Assembly: GCA_963716725.1 (NCBI GenBank)
Contig: CAVQUB010000008.1
Location: 256,001-320,000, forward strand
Direction: 5' to 3'
Origin: an uncultured delta proteobacterium
Lineage (GTDB): Bacteria > Myxococcota_A > Polyangia > Polyangiales > Polyangiaceae
Length of the DNA stretch: 64,000 nucleotides
The notes beneath the pieces were generated by a model, which worked only from the letters and a program-made list of their open reading frames with translations, ran no database searches and had not been told where the DNA came from. The translations under genes and the position numbers were made by a program. Within the stretch, counting starts at the first letter, position 1; each line of letters begins with the position of its first letter. Positions 1-11,043 of this stretch are shown in pieces.

Positions 1-1215
1 ACCAGCGCTCGGCGCGCCGAGCAAGTATCGCATCAGATCCAGATGCCGGTGCTCGAAGCGCAGACTCAATCGCTCATGAGCGAGATGCTGCGCGACCTGG
101 GCGACATGCAGGGCGCGCTCGCGGCCTGCGATCGGGCCCTCGAGACCGCCGGCCATCCCGACGTGCCACCTCGCTTCCGTGCGGAGGTGCTCCGAACCCG
201 CGGGACCCTCCTGCGGCGCGTCGGACGCACGGACGAAGCCGTGGACGCCCACGCGGAGGCCATCGCGGTCTTCCGTCAGGCCGGAGCCCGTCGCCAAGAA
301 GCGCGCGCGAAGAACTCCCTCGCCTACGCGCTCTTCGTGCTGGGGCGTTTCGAGGATGCCATCGCGCTGGCGCTCGACGCGATTCGAATCGACCTGGCCA
401 TCGGCGGCCGCTTCCAAATCGCCAAGACGCTGTCGAACATCGGGCAGTGCTACGCACGGCTCGGTGATGTGCAGCGCGGGCTCGCCTATCTGAGGCGCGC
501 GCGCGAGGCCCACGAACGCTATGGTGACCAGGACGCCCGCGCCGACACGCAGCTGTGCACCGCCGAGGTATTGCTCGATCTCGGTGACATCGCGGCGGCC
601 GACACCTTCGTCGGCGATGCCGGCGCGCTCACGGCCGTCACGGGGAGCGCCTATGACTCGGTGCACGAGAAGATTTTGCGTGCGCTGCTGGCTCGCGCCA
701 CGGACGACTCGGGCAGTGCGGTCATGTTCGCCTTCGACGCGCGTCAAGCGGCAGAAGCCCAGGCCTACGTCGCCTATCACTTCTACGCGATGGCGATCGA
801 AGCCGCAGCGCGCGCCGACATCGGCGAGTCGCACACCGGCATTCTCTTGGCGACGACGGCCATGGGTGCCATCGACACCATCCAGGGCTCGGAGTACGGC
901 CTGGAGACTCGCGCGCTCTGCCTCGAGGCGCTCGAGCGGTCCGGATCGCCTCAAGCCAAGGAGATGAAGAAGCGCGGACGGAGATTCGCCCACGAGATCT
1001 TCGAGTTGATCCGCGATCCCGAGCTCAAGCATCTCTTTTGTCGCCGGCCCGCGGTGGCAAAGCTGTTCGGAAGCGAGCCGCCGGAGTTGCCGGAAGTCGC
1101 TGGCGTGCACGACAAGACGGAGCCGCCGCCGCTGCCCTCGGACTTCCCTCCGTCGAGCGAGCCGCCGCCCGCCGAATTGGCGGAAGGCGTTCAGTCGGAC
1201 GAAGAGTTGGGGTAG
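1..1215 (+). CDS. TPR-repeat protein, 5'-truncated by the window edge (likely the C-terminus of a large kinase/AAA-TPR multidomain protein)
   Basis: Frame is open from base 1. Successive TPR-like helices (ARAKNSLAYALFVLGRFEDAI, AKTLSNIGQCYARLGD) and a Pro/Glu-rich tail. Confidence 0.7.
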   Translation, partial: TSARRAEQVSHQIQMPVLEAQTQSLMSEMLRDLGDMQGALAACDRALETAGHPDVPPRFRAEVLRTRGTLLRRVGRTDEAVDAHAEAIAVFRQAGARRQEARAKNSLAYALFVLGRFEDAIALALDAIRIDLAIGGRFQIAKTLSNIGQCYARLGDVQRGLAYLRRAREAHERYGDQDARADTQLCTAEVLLDLGDIAAADTFVGDAGALTAVTGSAYDSVHEKILRALLARATDDSGSAVMFAFDARQAAEAQAYVAYHFYAMAIEAAARADIGESHTGILLATTAMGAIDTIQGSEYGLETRALCLEALERSGSPQAKEMKKRGRRFAHEIFELIRDPELKHLFCRRPAVAKLFGSEPPELPEVAGVHDKTEPPPLPSDFPPSSEPPPAELAEGVQSDEELG

Positions 1216-1227
1216 GTTTCGCCTTCC

Positions 1228-2490
1228 GTGAGCGACAAGCCTCAGCGCCGGCGCCTCGCAGTAATCCTCTCGGGCGGTGGCGCGCGTGGCGCCTACGAAG
1301 TCGGAGTGCTCTGGTACCTCTTCGACGAGCTCACGCGCTTGCGCGGCGCTCCGCCACGGGTCGACATTTTGTGTGGGACCAGCGTCGGCGCCATCAACTG
1401 CGCGTACCTGGCCGCACATCTGGCGGATCCCGTGCTGGGCATGCGTCGACTGGTCGACGTGTGGTCGAGCCTGAAGCTCGACGACGTGCTGGGCTTCGGG
1501 ATTCGGCAGGCCATCAGCCTGCCGCGGGTCCTGCTGGGTGGCGCCGCGGGTGCCGGCATCTTCGACGTTTCACCGATGGCCCGGCTGGTGCAGCGCGAAG
1601 TGCCCTGGCGCGCGGTAACGCGCACCTTGAAGAGCGGAGTGCTCAAGGCGCTCAGCGTGTCCGCCACGGAGGTGGGCACCGGCCGTACCGTGATCTTCAT
1701 GCAGACGGGGCCGAGCACCTCGTTGCCGACGCGCGCGCCGCCGCGCACCCTGATCCGCGCCGAGCGCATCGGCCCTCAGCACGCGCTGGCTTCGGCGGCC
1801 ATCCCGCTCCTGTTCCCGCCGGTCCAGATCGGCAGCCAGCTCTACGTGGACGGCGGCGTACGCCAGAACACCCCCGTCGCGCCGGCCATTCGGCTGGGAG
1901 CCACCCACGTGCTGGTGGTCGGGACCTCACGGCTCGTGCGCGGGGTCACCCATCCCATCCCGGGGCCCATCTCGGCGCCCAGCGCTACCGTGCTGCTCGG
2001 CAAGATCATGAACGCGCTCTTGCTCGACCACCTCGACAACGATCTGGGTTTCGTGAACCTGCTGAACGATCTGATGCTGAGCGGGGAGGGCGCCTTCGGC
2101 GGCGAGTTCGTGGATAAACTCAACGAGTCCGCATTGACCCGCGGAGGCCACTCCTTCCGCCCCATCGAGATGCTCGTCGTGCGCCCCACCGAGGGCATCG
2201 GCAAGCTCGCGGCGGAGTACATGCGCCACGGCAAGCTGCGCTCGGGTCCCCTTGTCACCAAACAAGCGCTCAAGCTCCTGGACGCAGGCGGAATCGACGA
2301 CGCAGATCTGGCGAGCTACCTCTTGTTCGACGGAGGTTTCGCGCGCCGCTTGATCGATCTCGGTCGTAGTGACGCCCACGCCCGCCGCGCACAGGTCTTG
2401 GACTTCCTGGGGGCGGCGGAGGACGACGCACCGGTAGAGGGTGGCGGAGAAGGTGGCAGCTGGACCCTGCCGCCGCCCGCGGTCGGCTGA
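1228..2490 (+). CDS. Patatin-like phospholipase
   Basis: Oxyanion motif SGGGARG, nucleophile elbow GTSVG (G-x-S-x-G) and catalytic DGG (YVDGGV). GTG start 12 bp after the upstream stop. Confidence 0.92.
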   Translation: MSDKPQRRRLAVILSGGGARGAYEVGVLWYLFDELTRLRGAPPRVDILCGTSVGAINCAYLAAHLADPVLGMRRLVDVWSSLKLDDVLGFGIRQAISLPRVLLGGAAGAGIFDVSPMARLVQREVPWRAVTRTLKSGVLKALSVSATEVGTGRTVIFMQTGPSTSLPTRAPPRTLIRAERIGPQHALASAAIPLLFPPVQIGSQLYVDGGVRQNTPVAPAIRLGATHVLVVGTSRLVRGVTHPIPGPISAPSATVLLGKIMNALLLDHLDNDLGFVNLLNDLMLSGEGAFGGEFVDKLNESALTRGGHSFRPIEMLVVRPTEGIGKLAAEYMRHGKLRSGPLVTKQALKLLDAGGIDDADLASYLLFDGGFARRLIDLGRSDAHARRAQVLDFLGAAEDDAPVEGGGEGGSWTLPPPAVG

Positions 2491-2799
2491 CTACGTCAAA
2501 GCGAACGCCGCTTCGAGCTCCGCTTCGGCCTTGGCCTCACCTTGCTTCTTGGCCAGGGCGATGCCCGCCGTGAGCCAGCCCTTGGCTTCGTCGCTGCGCG
2601 AGGTGTCGATCAGGAGCTGTCCGACCATCAGATACATGGGCAGGTAGTCGGGATCGGCGTCACGCAGCGCGGTGAACGCGGCGAGGGCTTCGTCGTGGCT
2701 TCCGGCCTTCCGGTATTCCATCGCCAGCGCGTAGCGCGCGAAGGAATCGGCGCTGCCGCTCGCCACCATCTTTTCGAGCATCTCGAGCCGCTTGTTCAT
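2491..2799 (-). CDS. Small TPR protein (102 aa)
   Basis: MNKRLEMLEKM...FARYALAMEY...PDYLPMYLMVGQLL, a typical short TPR protein. The longer ORF call overlaps the opposite-strand kinase, so the start is set at the ATG at 2799. Confidence 0.8.
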   Translation of the reverse strand: MNKRLEMLEKMVASGSADSFARYALAMEYRKAGSHDEALAAFTALRDADPDYLPMYLMVGQLLIDTSRSDEAKGWLTAGIALAKKQGEAKAEAELEAAFALT

Positions 2800-2877
2800 G
2801 ACGGATGAGTCGTCGAGCAGGCGAGGGCAGGTGTCAAGGTTGCTTCGAGCTCGAAGGCGGTCCATTTTTGATGGCCT

Positions 2878-4896
2878 GTGGCAGATCTCGCTCCGGGCGC
2901 CCGCCTCGCGCATTTTTCCATCCAACGCCGCCTGGGCGCTGGCGGAATGGGAGTGGTCTACGAGGCGCTCGACGAGACGCTCGGTCGAAAGGTCGCCGTC
3001 AAGGTGCTGGCCCCCGAGCTGGTGGGATCCGAAGAACGTCGGCAGCGATTCTTGCGCGAGGCTCGCTTGGCGGCGGCCATCAGTCACCCCAATGTCGCTA
3101 CGGTGCACGAGATCGACGAGGTCGCCGGCCAGGTCTTCATCGTCATGGAGCTCGTGCCCGGCCAGAACCTACGCGAGGTGATGGCGCAGGGCCGGATGAG
3201 CGTCTCGCACGCCCTCGAAATCGCCCTCGGCATCGCCCGGGCTGCTGGCCACGCCCACGCCGCCGGGGTCATTCATCGCGACCTCAAGCCCGAGAACGTG
3301 ATGGTGCTGCCGGACGAGCGCGTGAAGGTCCTCGACTTCGGTGTCGCCAAGCTCGACGTCGACATCGGGAGCGCGAACACCCTGCCGGCGGGCGGCGCCA
3401 TCACCGAAGAGGGGCGTGTGCTCGGGACCCCCGGCTACATGGCGCCGGAGCAAGCCCGCGGTGAGCCGGTGGACGCGCGCTCGGATGTCTTTTCGATCGG
3501 CGTCGTCCTCTACGAGATGGTCGCCGGGGCGCGTCCCTTTCAGGGAAAGTCGTCCATGGACGTGATCGTCGCCACGACACGCGACGATCCCCTCCCCGTC
3601 TCGCGTCACAACCCGGGCGCGCCGCCCATCGTCGAGTCCATCGTGCGTCGCTGCCTCGCCAAAGACCCCGCGGAGCGCTTTTCCGGTGCCGACGAGCTCT
3701 CTCGAACCTTGGAGGCGGCGGCGCGCGAGGTGAGTCTCCACGAGATGGCGACCACGCAAGCGATGCCCACTCCCTTCCCGTCGACGCCGCCGCGACCTGT
3801 CGCGCCGACTACCACCGCGGCAACCGCGCTGCCTGCGAGCCCTCCGGCGCGCGCGAGGTCGGCCAGGGGTCCCGCGCTGCTGGCGCTGGTCGTGGCCTTC
3901 GCCATCGTCGGTTATGCAGGTGCGAGGCTGATCAAGCACGAGCGCGCGCCCGCCGCCGCGACCCCTTCGGCGCCGGCGCCGGCGCTCGCGCCGAGGCTTG
4001 GGCTCGAAACCCTCGCTCGCTACGGCGACGAAGCAACCTCGGGCGCCGCGCTGTCCCCCGGCGAGTGGGAGACCGCCGCGTTCGACTTCGAGCGAGCCGC
4101 CCACCAAGCTGGAGCGCCGAAGCGTTGGATGGCGGCCCATCTTCATTGCATCGGCATGCGCGATCTTGCTCACGGCAAGCTGGACGCGGCGGAGCGGTCA
4201 CTGAGAGCAGCCACGGCACACGACGCTGCTTTCGCGCTGCCGCACGTCGGTCTGTCCGCGCTCCTCGTGCGCCAAGGCAAGCTCGACGATGCGATCCGAG
4301 CAGCTCAGACCGCGCAGAGCCTCGCCCCGGACCTGGTCGTGGCCATCGCCGCGGCGGGGCGGGCCTACGCCGCCGCCGGACGCAACACCGACGCCATCGA
4401 GCAGTTCCGTCGGGCGCTGGCGAAGTCCCCGGGTCCTGGACTGCGCGCGCAGCTCGCTCTCGCCTACCACCACGCAGGTTTCGACGACGCTGCTCTGCGA
4501 GAAGCTAGCGAGGCGTTGAAGGGCGACCCCGACAATGTGATGTCGCACGTGCTCGTCGCTGAGCGAGCCCTCGAGGAGGGCGACGGCAAGCGCGCGTTCG
4601 AGCACACCGAGCGCGCTGTGGCCGTCGAGCCACGCAATGCGGCTGCCTGGCTCGCGCACGGCGATGCGCTGCTCTTGCTTCGCCGGGAAGTGGAGGCCAA
4701 AAAGGCGCTGACTGAGGCCCTGCGGCTCTGGGGTGAGACCAAGCAGGTCGGGGCGCCCGTCGCTCGCCTGGAGCTCGCCAAGACCGCGCTCGCCGCGGGC
4801 AAGCTGCCCGAGCTGCGCGGGGCAGGGCGCGCCAGTCCCGGGCGCAGCGCTCCGCGATCGATCCGATCCCTGCCCGCGAAACCCGCGGCGAGGTGA
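2878..4896 (+). CDS. Membrane Ser/Thr protein kinase with C-terminal TPR repeats
   Basis: GAGGMG, VAVK, HRDLKPEN, DFG and GTPGYMAPE motifs, then a Pro/Ala linker, a TM helix (ALLALVVAFAIVGYAG) and TPR-like repeats. Confidence 0.93.
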   Translation: MADLAPGARLAHFSIQRRLGAGGMGVVYEALDETLGRKVAVKVLAPELVGSEERRQRFLREARLAAAISHPNVATVHEIDEVAGQVFIVMELVPGQNLREVMAQGRMSVSHALEIALGIARAAGHAHAAGVIHRDLKPENVMVLPDERVKVLDFGVAKLDVDIGSANTLPAGGAITEEGRVLGTPGYMAPEQARGEPVDARSDVFSIGVVLYEMVAGARPFQGKSSMDVIVATTRDDPLPVSRHNPGAPPIVESIVRRCLAKDPAERFSGADELSRTLEAAAREVSLHEMATTQAMPTPFPSTPPRPVAPTTTAATALPASPPARARSARGPALLALVVAFAIVGYAGARLIKHERAPAAATPSAPAPALAPRLGLETLARYGDEATSGAALSPGEWETAAFDFERAAHQAGAPKRWMAAHLHCIGMRDLAHGKLDAAERSLRAATAHDAAFALPHVGLSALLVRQGKLDDAIRAAQTAQSLAPDLVVAIAAAGRAYAAAGRNTDAIEQFRRALAKSPGPGLRAQLALAYHHAGFDDAALREASEALKGDPDNVMSHVLVAERALEEGDGKRAFEHTERAVAVEPRNAAAWLAHGDALLLLRREVEAKKALTEALRLWGETKQVGAPVARLELAKTALAAGKLPELRGAGRASPGRSAPRSIRSLPAKPAAR

Positions 4897-4900
4897 TCGG

Positions 4901-5350
4901 CTAGTCCGCGCCCGCGTCCGTCGCGCCACCCGGAGAGGCCATTGCGACGACGCGCAGCCAGAATTCCGAGCAGGTGTCGTTGCGGATTTGGATGATCTCG
5001 TCGTCGACGCGTTCGATGACGGCTTGGTTGCCCGCGCTCTCGCTGGTGTTGTTGCCGGGGAGCGGCTTCTCGCTGAACGCCAGGTAGGTCGCGACAATGG
5101 GGGGCGTCACTCCGAGCTGGTGTTCGAGCTGAAAGCGTCGACCCGAAGGGAAGTGAAGGTAGGGGCCTTCCCACGCCGAGGTAGAATAGGTCGAGCCGTT
5201 GGCCGACACGCTGCCGCCCTTGAAGCGCACCGGGTCGGAGTCGGCGGTCTCACACGGCGGGCTGCACGCCGCCGCACTCGAGAGCATCGGGAGGCCGAGG
5301 GCGGACACGAGCCCCAGAGTGAAGAGCCTCCGCCGCGTGCGCGTCGTCAT
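4901..5350 (-). CDS. Hypothetical lipoprotein
   Basis: Basic N-terminus, hydrophobic stretch and lipobox-like AAAC. Confidence 0.65.
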   Translation of the reverse strand: MTTRTRRRLFTLGLVSALGLPMLSSAAACSPPCETADSDPVRFKGGSVSANGSTYSTSAWEGPYLHFPSGRRFQLEHQLGVTPPIVATYLAFSEKPLPGNNTSESAGNQAVIERVDDEIIQIRNDTCSEFWLRVVAMASPGGATDAGAD

Positions 5351-5362
5351 GAGCCGAGTCTG

Positions 5363-6292
5363 TCAGTTCCAGCCCAGGGCGACGATGTGTTTGGCGAGTG
5401 CTTCGGCGACCTCTTCGACGCGGGCGATTTCCGCCGCGCGGAACGGGCGTGAAGCGCGACCCACCTCGATCATCGCGCTCATGTGGCCGTCGACCATGAC
5501 GGGCACCATGGCGACGCCGCGGGGCCCGGGAAGGCAGCGAGTCATCCGTCCGGCGATGTAGCGTCCGGCCTCCCCGAGGCGCGGTTCGCCCATCACCGTG
5601 TGGCCGGCCTGCGCCGCGAGCAGCGCCGGGTCGTTCGAGGCCAGGCGTTCGCCCAGAAGCAGCTCGGCGTCCGGCCCGTGCGCGAAGCTGGTGACGGTCG
5701 CGCCTAGATCGACGCGGCTCATGTGCACGACGCCGACATGCGCACCGGCAGCGGTCACCGCCGTGGATAGGGCGAGCAACATCGCCTGCTCGAGATCCGT
5801 GGCGCTGTCGAGCACGCCCGCGGGATCGATGGCGGCCGGCCGCATCGACGGCAGCTTCGTCGGCTCGTGGGCGCTGAGCTCTTCTTGCGTGGGGGGAGGC
5901 GGCGGTTCGTTGCAGGGATTGCTCGCGCGCTCCTCGGCCGCGGCGCTGACCGCGGCCAAATGCTGGATGGCCTCTTCGCGCTTGGCAGCAGAGAGCTGCT
6001 CGAGCTCCTCGAGCCGGCGCCACACCCTCCAGCTGTCGTGACGCACGAAGGAACCCGCCGGGATCCGGCCGGAAGCGACGCCCCGGCGGAGCAGCTCGTA
6101 GCTGACTGGGCCAACCGCGTTGACGCCGTCGGTCACGAACCAGCGATCGAGACCAGAGATCTGTAGTCCGATCACACCCTCGACGGCCGGTTCCGATTCC
6201 TGCGCCGGCGCCGCGCAGGGATCGGTCTTCTCCACGCTGGGGGGGCGACTGCTGGCGCCTTCGTTCGAGCGATGTTCCGATGACAATTGCAT
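5363..6292 (-). CDS. GYF_2/DUF4339-like plus GAF-like domain protein
   Basis: WFVTDGVNAVGPVSYELLRRGVASGRI...WRVWRRLEEL resembles GYF_2. The C-terminus (VAMVPVMVDGHMSAMIEVGR..RPF) resembles GAF. The upstream part of the 889-aa ORF is antisense shadow of cobA, so the start is approximate. Confidence 0.65.
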   Translation of the reverse strand: MQLSSEHRSNEGASSRPPSVEKTDPCAAPAQESEPAVEGVIGLQISGLDRWFVTDGVNAVGPVSYELLRRGVASGRIPAGSFVRHDSWRVWRRLEELEQLSAAKREEAIQHLAAVSAAAEERASNPCNEPPPPPTQEELSAHEPTKLPSMRPAAIDPAGVLDSATDLEQAMLLALSTAVTAAGAHVGVVHMSRVDLGATVTSFAHGPDAELLLGERLASNDPALLAAQAGHTVMGEPRLGEAGRYIAGRMTRCLPGPRGVAMVPVMVDGHMSAMIEVGRASRPFRAAEIARVEEVAEALAKHIVALGWN

Positions 6293-6529
6293 TGGCTTTC
6301 CCCCAACCTGACCTCTGAGCCCCTTGCTCGGAGTCGCCGGACCATTGGTCCGGCATGGGTGGCACTCACGACGCACGCGGCGCTCTCCCGAGGGTCGGCC
6401 GTTTGTCATTTGACCTGAGCACGTGTCAAGGCCCAGCGCCCCGACGCAGTGTGCCAAATCCGTGAAAACGCGGGCTTGGCGGCGCTGAAGCTCGCAACCC
6501 ACCCAAGTGGCACTACGCTCCCGGCCAGC

Positions 6530-8047
6530 ATGGCCGTCGGAAAGGTGTGGCTGGTGGGGGCGGGCCCGGGGGATCCGGGACTCATCACCGTCCGGGGCAT
6601 GGAGCTGCTCGGCCGAGCCGACGTGGTGCTCTTCGACGCGCTCGCACACCCGTCCTTGTTGGAGGCCTGTCCTCTTGCCGAGAAGATCGACGTCGGCAAG
6701 CGTTACGGCGTCGAGAGCCCTCCGCAGGTCGAGATCAGCGAGCAGCTCATCGCTCACGCGCGTGCGGGCAAACGGGTCGTGCGCCTCAAGGGAGGCGATC
6801 CCTTCCTGTTCGCCAGGGGCTCGGAAGAAGCCACCGAGTTGGCGCGCGCCGGAGTTCCCTTCGAGATCGTGCCAGGGATCCCGTCGGCCGTCGGCGCCAG
6901 TGCGTACGCGGGCGTGTCCCTCACGCACCGCGACATGTCGTCCAGCGTCACCATCATCACCGGCAGCGACCGGGCTGGCAAAGAGTGGTCGCCCGAAGCG
7001 TGGAAGAAGCTCGCGACGGCGACCGACACCATCTGCGTGCTGATGGGGATGCGTCGCATCGAGCAGATCACCGCCGCTCTCGCTGAAGGCGGGCGCTCCG
7101 TCACCACCCCGGCTGCGGTGGTCCAATGGGGCACGCGTCCCGAACAGCGCGTGGTCGAGGGCACTCTCGGGGACATCGCGGGTCTCGCGCGCAGCGCCGG
7201 CGTGACGAACCCCGCGGTGATCATCGTGGGCGAGGTCGTCCGCCTCCGGAGCGAGCTCCGGTGGTTCGACGATCAGCCCTTGTTCGGGCGACGCATCCTG
7301 ATCCCGCGCGCGCCCAACCAAGCAGGAGCCACCGCCCGGGCGGTCCGCGCCCGCGGCGCGGAGCCGGTGGTATTCCCGGTGATTGAGATCTGTGATCCCC
7401 CGGATCCGACCCAGCTCGCTCGGGCCGCGACTGCCGCCTCGAGCTACGACTGGCTCGTCTTCACCAGCGCCAACGGCGTGGAGCGCTTCTTCGCGGCACT
7501 CTCGGCGGCGGGCCGGGACGCCCGGGCGCTCGGCGCGGCCAAGGTCGCGGTGATCGGCCCACGCACGCGGGGCGCGCTCGCAGAACGAGGAATCGTCGCC
7601 GACCTGATGGCCCACGAATACGTCGGCGAGTCGCTGGCGCAGGCGCTGCTCGACAGCGGTCCCGTCCGGAGTGTGCTCATCCCTCGTGCGCTGGTGGCGC
7701 GTGACGTGCTCCCGGAGGCGCTGCGCAAATCCGGGGCGCAGGTCGATGTCGTCGCGGCATACGAGACGAAGCCGGTGTCGTCCGATCGCGCGGAGGCGCT
7801 GCGTGAGTTGCTGAGTTCGGGCCAGGTCGATGCGGTGATGTTCACTTCTGGATCGACGGTGAACTCGATGTGTAGCCTGCTCGGCGCCGACGCCGCGGCG
7901 CTGCTCGGGGGGGTCCTGGTCGCCAGCATCGGTCCCATCACCAGCGCGGCGCTCACCGAGCACGGCGTGAAGCCGACGGTGACCGCTACCGAGTACACGG
8001 TGGACGGCCTGCTCGACGCCCTGGCGATTCATTTCGCGCCCCGCTGA
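6530..8047 (+). CDS. cobA: Uroporphyrinogen-III C-methyltransferase / uroporphyrinogen-III synthase fusion (CobA-HemD)
   Basis: VWLVGAGPGDPGLIT and VVRLKGGDPFLFARG, followed by HemD motifs FTSANGV, FTSGSTV and SIGPIT. Confidence 0.93.
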   Translation: MAVGKVWLVGAGPGDPGLITVRGMELLGRADVVLFDALAHPSLLEACPLAEKIDVGKRYGVESPPQVEISEQLIAHARAGKRVVRLKGGDPFLFARGSEEATELARAGVPFEIVPGIPSAVGASAYAGVSLTHRDMSSSVTIITGSDRAGKEWSPEAWKKLATATDTICVLMGMRRIEQITAALAEGGRSVTTPAAVVQWGTRPEQRVVEGTLGDIAGLARSAGVTNPAVIIVGEVVRLRSELRWFDDQPLFGRRILIPRAPNQAGATARAVRARGAEPVVFPVIEICDPPDPTQLARAATAASSYDWLVFTSANGVERFFAALSAAGRDARALGAAKVAVIGPRTRGALAERGIVADLMAHEYVGESLAQALLDSGPVRSVLIPRALVARDVLPEALRKSGAQVDVVAAYETKPVSSDRAEALRELLSSGQVDAVMFTSGSTVNSMCSLLGADAAALLGGVLVASIGPITSAALTEHGVKPTVTATEYTVDGLLDALAIHFAPR

Positions 8048-8066
8048 GCGTGCTAGTCTAGGCAGC

Positions 8067-9620
8067 GTGGAGCCGAGTCAACTCACGCCCGGCACGACCC
8101 TCGGCGGAGATTTCCAGATCGAGCGTCCGCTCAGCGCCGGTGGCATGGGCGCGGTCTACCTCGCGGTCCAACTCAGCACGGGCAAGCAGCGGGCGCTCAA
8201 GGTCATGCACTCCTCGCTGGTCGTGGATTCGGCCATGCGCGAGCGCTTCGTGCGCGAGGCACGGGTCGGGGCCATGGTCCCGAGCGATCACGTCGTGGAG
8301 GTGGTTGGTGCCGGCGTGGATCCGCAGCTCGGCGTGCCGTGGCTCGCGATGGAGCTGCTCAGCGGCGAGAACCTCGCCCAACACGTGACGCGGCGCGGAC
8401 CTCTGCCAATCTCCGAAATAGTCGAGATATTGCGGCCCGTCTGCCACGCGCTCGGCGCGGCGCACGCGCGTGGGGTGGTTCACCGGGACATCAAGCCCGA
8501 CAACGTCTTTCTCGCGCGGACGCAGAGCACGACTCACCCGATGATCGTGAAGGTGCTCGACTTCGGGATCGCGCGCGTCGCAGCCGACGCGCAGACCGCG
8601 TCGACTGCGGCCATGGGAACGCCAATGTGGATGGCGCCCGAGCAGACGGAGCTCAAGAGTCACGTCTCTCCAGCCAGCGACGTCTGGGCGCTGGGCCTCC
8701 TGACATTTTGGCTGCTCACCGGCAGACACTACTGGCGCGCCGCGGGTCTTGGCGGCTCCGTTCCCCAGCTGATGCGTGAGATCCTATTCGAGCCGCTCGA
8801 CCCGGCCTCCTCGCGCGCTGCCGAAATTGGAGCGGCGGGAGTTCCGCAGGGCTTCGACCAATGGTTCGCTGCTTGTCTTGCGCGGGATCCCGCTCAGCGT
8901 TTCCAGAATGCGACCGATGCGGCGAACGCGCTCTTCACGGGTGTGCTCGGGGTGGCGCCAGCGCAGAGCATAGCGCCCGATCCCAGCGGCCCGAGCTGGC
9001 CGTCGTTGCCGCCGCCCTCCGTGGCCGTCGGCAACGCTACTGCGGTGCCGACCGTGGTCGCCGTGCCGGTGCGAAAGCGCAGCCCCCTGGCGCTGATCGT
9101 GGTGTTGCTGTTGGGGCTCCTCGGCTTCGGCGGAATTGCGGCGGCGCTTGCTGCCTATTTCGTATTCGGGAGCGGCGGCGCCGAGCCGCCACCGCGCGCG
9201 TCCGCGATCGCCGTGGCGCCGGCCTCGGCAGCGCCCGATCTGCCCGACCCCCAAGCGAGCGCGGGGCCTCCCGAAGCATCGGTCAAGCCGACGTCGACCA
9301 AAAAACCTCCAACTGGGCCCGCGTCACCCGCCAGCTCCGCGCCTCCAGCGCTCGGGCCCTACGACGCCAAGGCTGCGATGAACTCGGTGCAGCGCCTGGC
9401 CAAGTCCTCCAACTTCGGCTGTAGGCACATGCAAGGGGGCGGCGGGTACAGCGGAACGGTCACCTTCGGTCCCAACGGACGACCCGTCCGGGTGACCGTC
9501 GACCCGGTGTTCCCAATTTCCCAGCGCGGGCCTTGCGTTCGATCCCACGTGTCCGGGGCGACAGTCTCGCCCTACGCTGGCAAGGAGACCCACGACGTGC
9601 CCTACGCGGTCTCGTTCTGA
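8067..9620 (+). CDS. Membrane Ser/Thr protein kinase
   Basis: AGGMG, ALK, HRDIKPDN, DFG and GTPMWMAPE motifs, a TM helix, and a small extracytoplasmic C-terminal domain with two Cys. Confidence 0.93.
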   Translation: MEPSQLTPGTTLGGDFQIERPLSAGGMGAVYLAVQLSTGKQRALKVMHSSLVVDSAMRERFVREARVGAMVPSDHVVEVVGAGVDPQLGVPWLAMELLSGENLAQHVTRRGPLPISEIVEILRPVCHALGAAHARGVVHRDIKPDNVFLARTQSTTHPMIVKVLDFGIARVAADAQTASTAAMGTPMWMAPEQTELKSHVSPASDVWALGLLTFWLLTGRHYWRAAGLGGSVPQLMREILFEPLDPASSRAAEIGAAGVPQGFDQWFAACLARDPAQRFQNATDAANALFTGVLGVAPAQSIAPDPSGPSWPSLPPPSVAVGNATAVPTVVAVPVRKRSPLALIVVLLLGLLGFGGIAAALAAYFVFGSGGAEPPPRASAIAVAPASAAPDLPDPQASAGPPEASVKPTSTKKPPTGPASPASSAPPALGPYDAKAAMNSVQRLAKSSNFGCRHMQGGGGYSGTVTFGPNGRPVRVTVDPVFPISQRGPCVRSHVSGATVSPYAGKETHDVPYAVSF

Positions 9621-9663
9621 CCCGCTAGGCAGTCTTTGCCGGCTGTGCGATAAATCGCGGTCC

Positions 9664-10995
<1,332 letters not shown>

Positions 10996-11043
10996 ACACT
11001 CGCTCGGGCGGTCTCTTCCTGGAAATCTGGGATAATCGCCGGC

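Noticed and set aside
5363..8032. 889-aa minus-strand ORF as a single protein
   Set aside because: The first ~580 codons are antisense shadow of cobA-hemD and the intergenic region. Only 5363-6292 looks protein-like.
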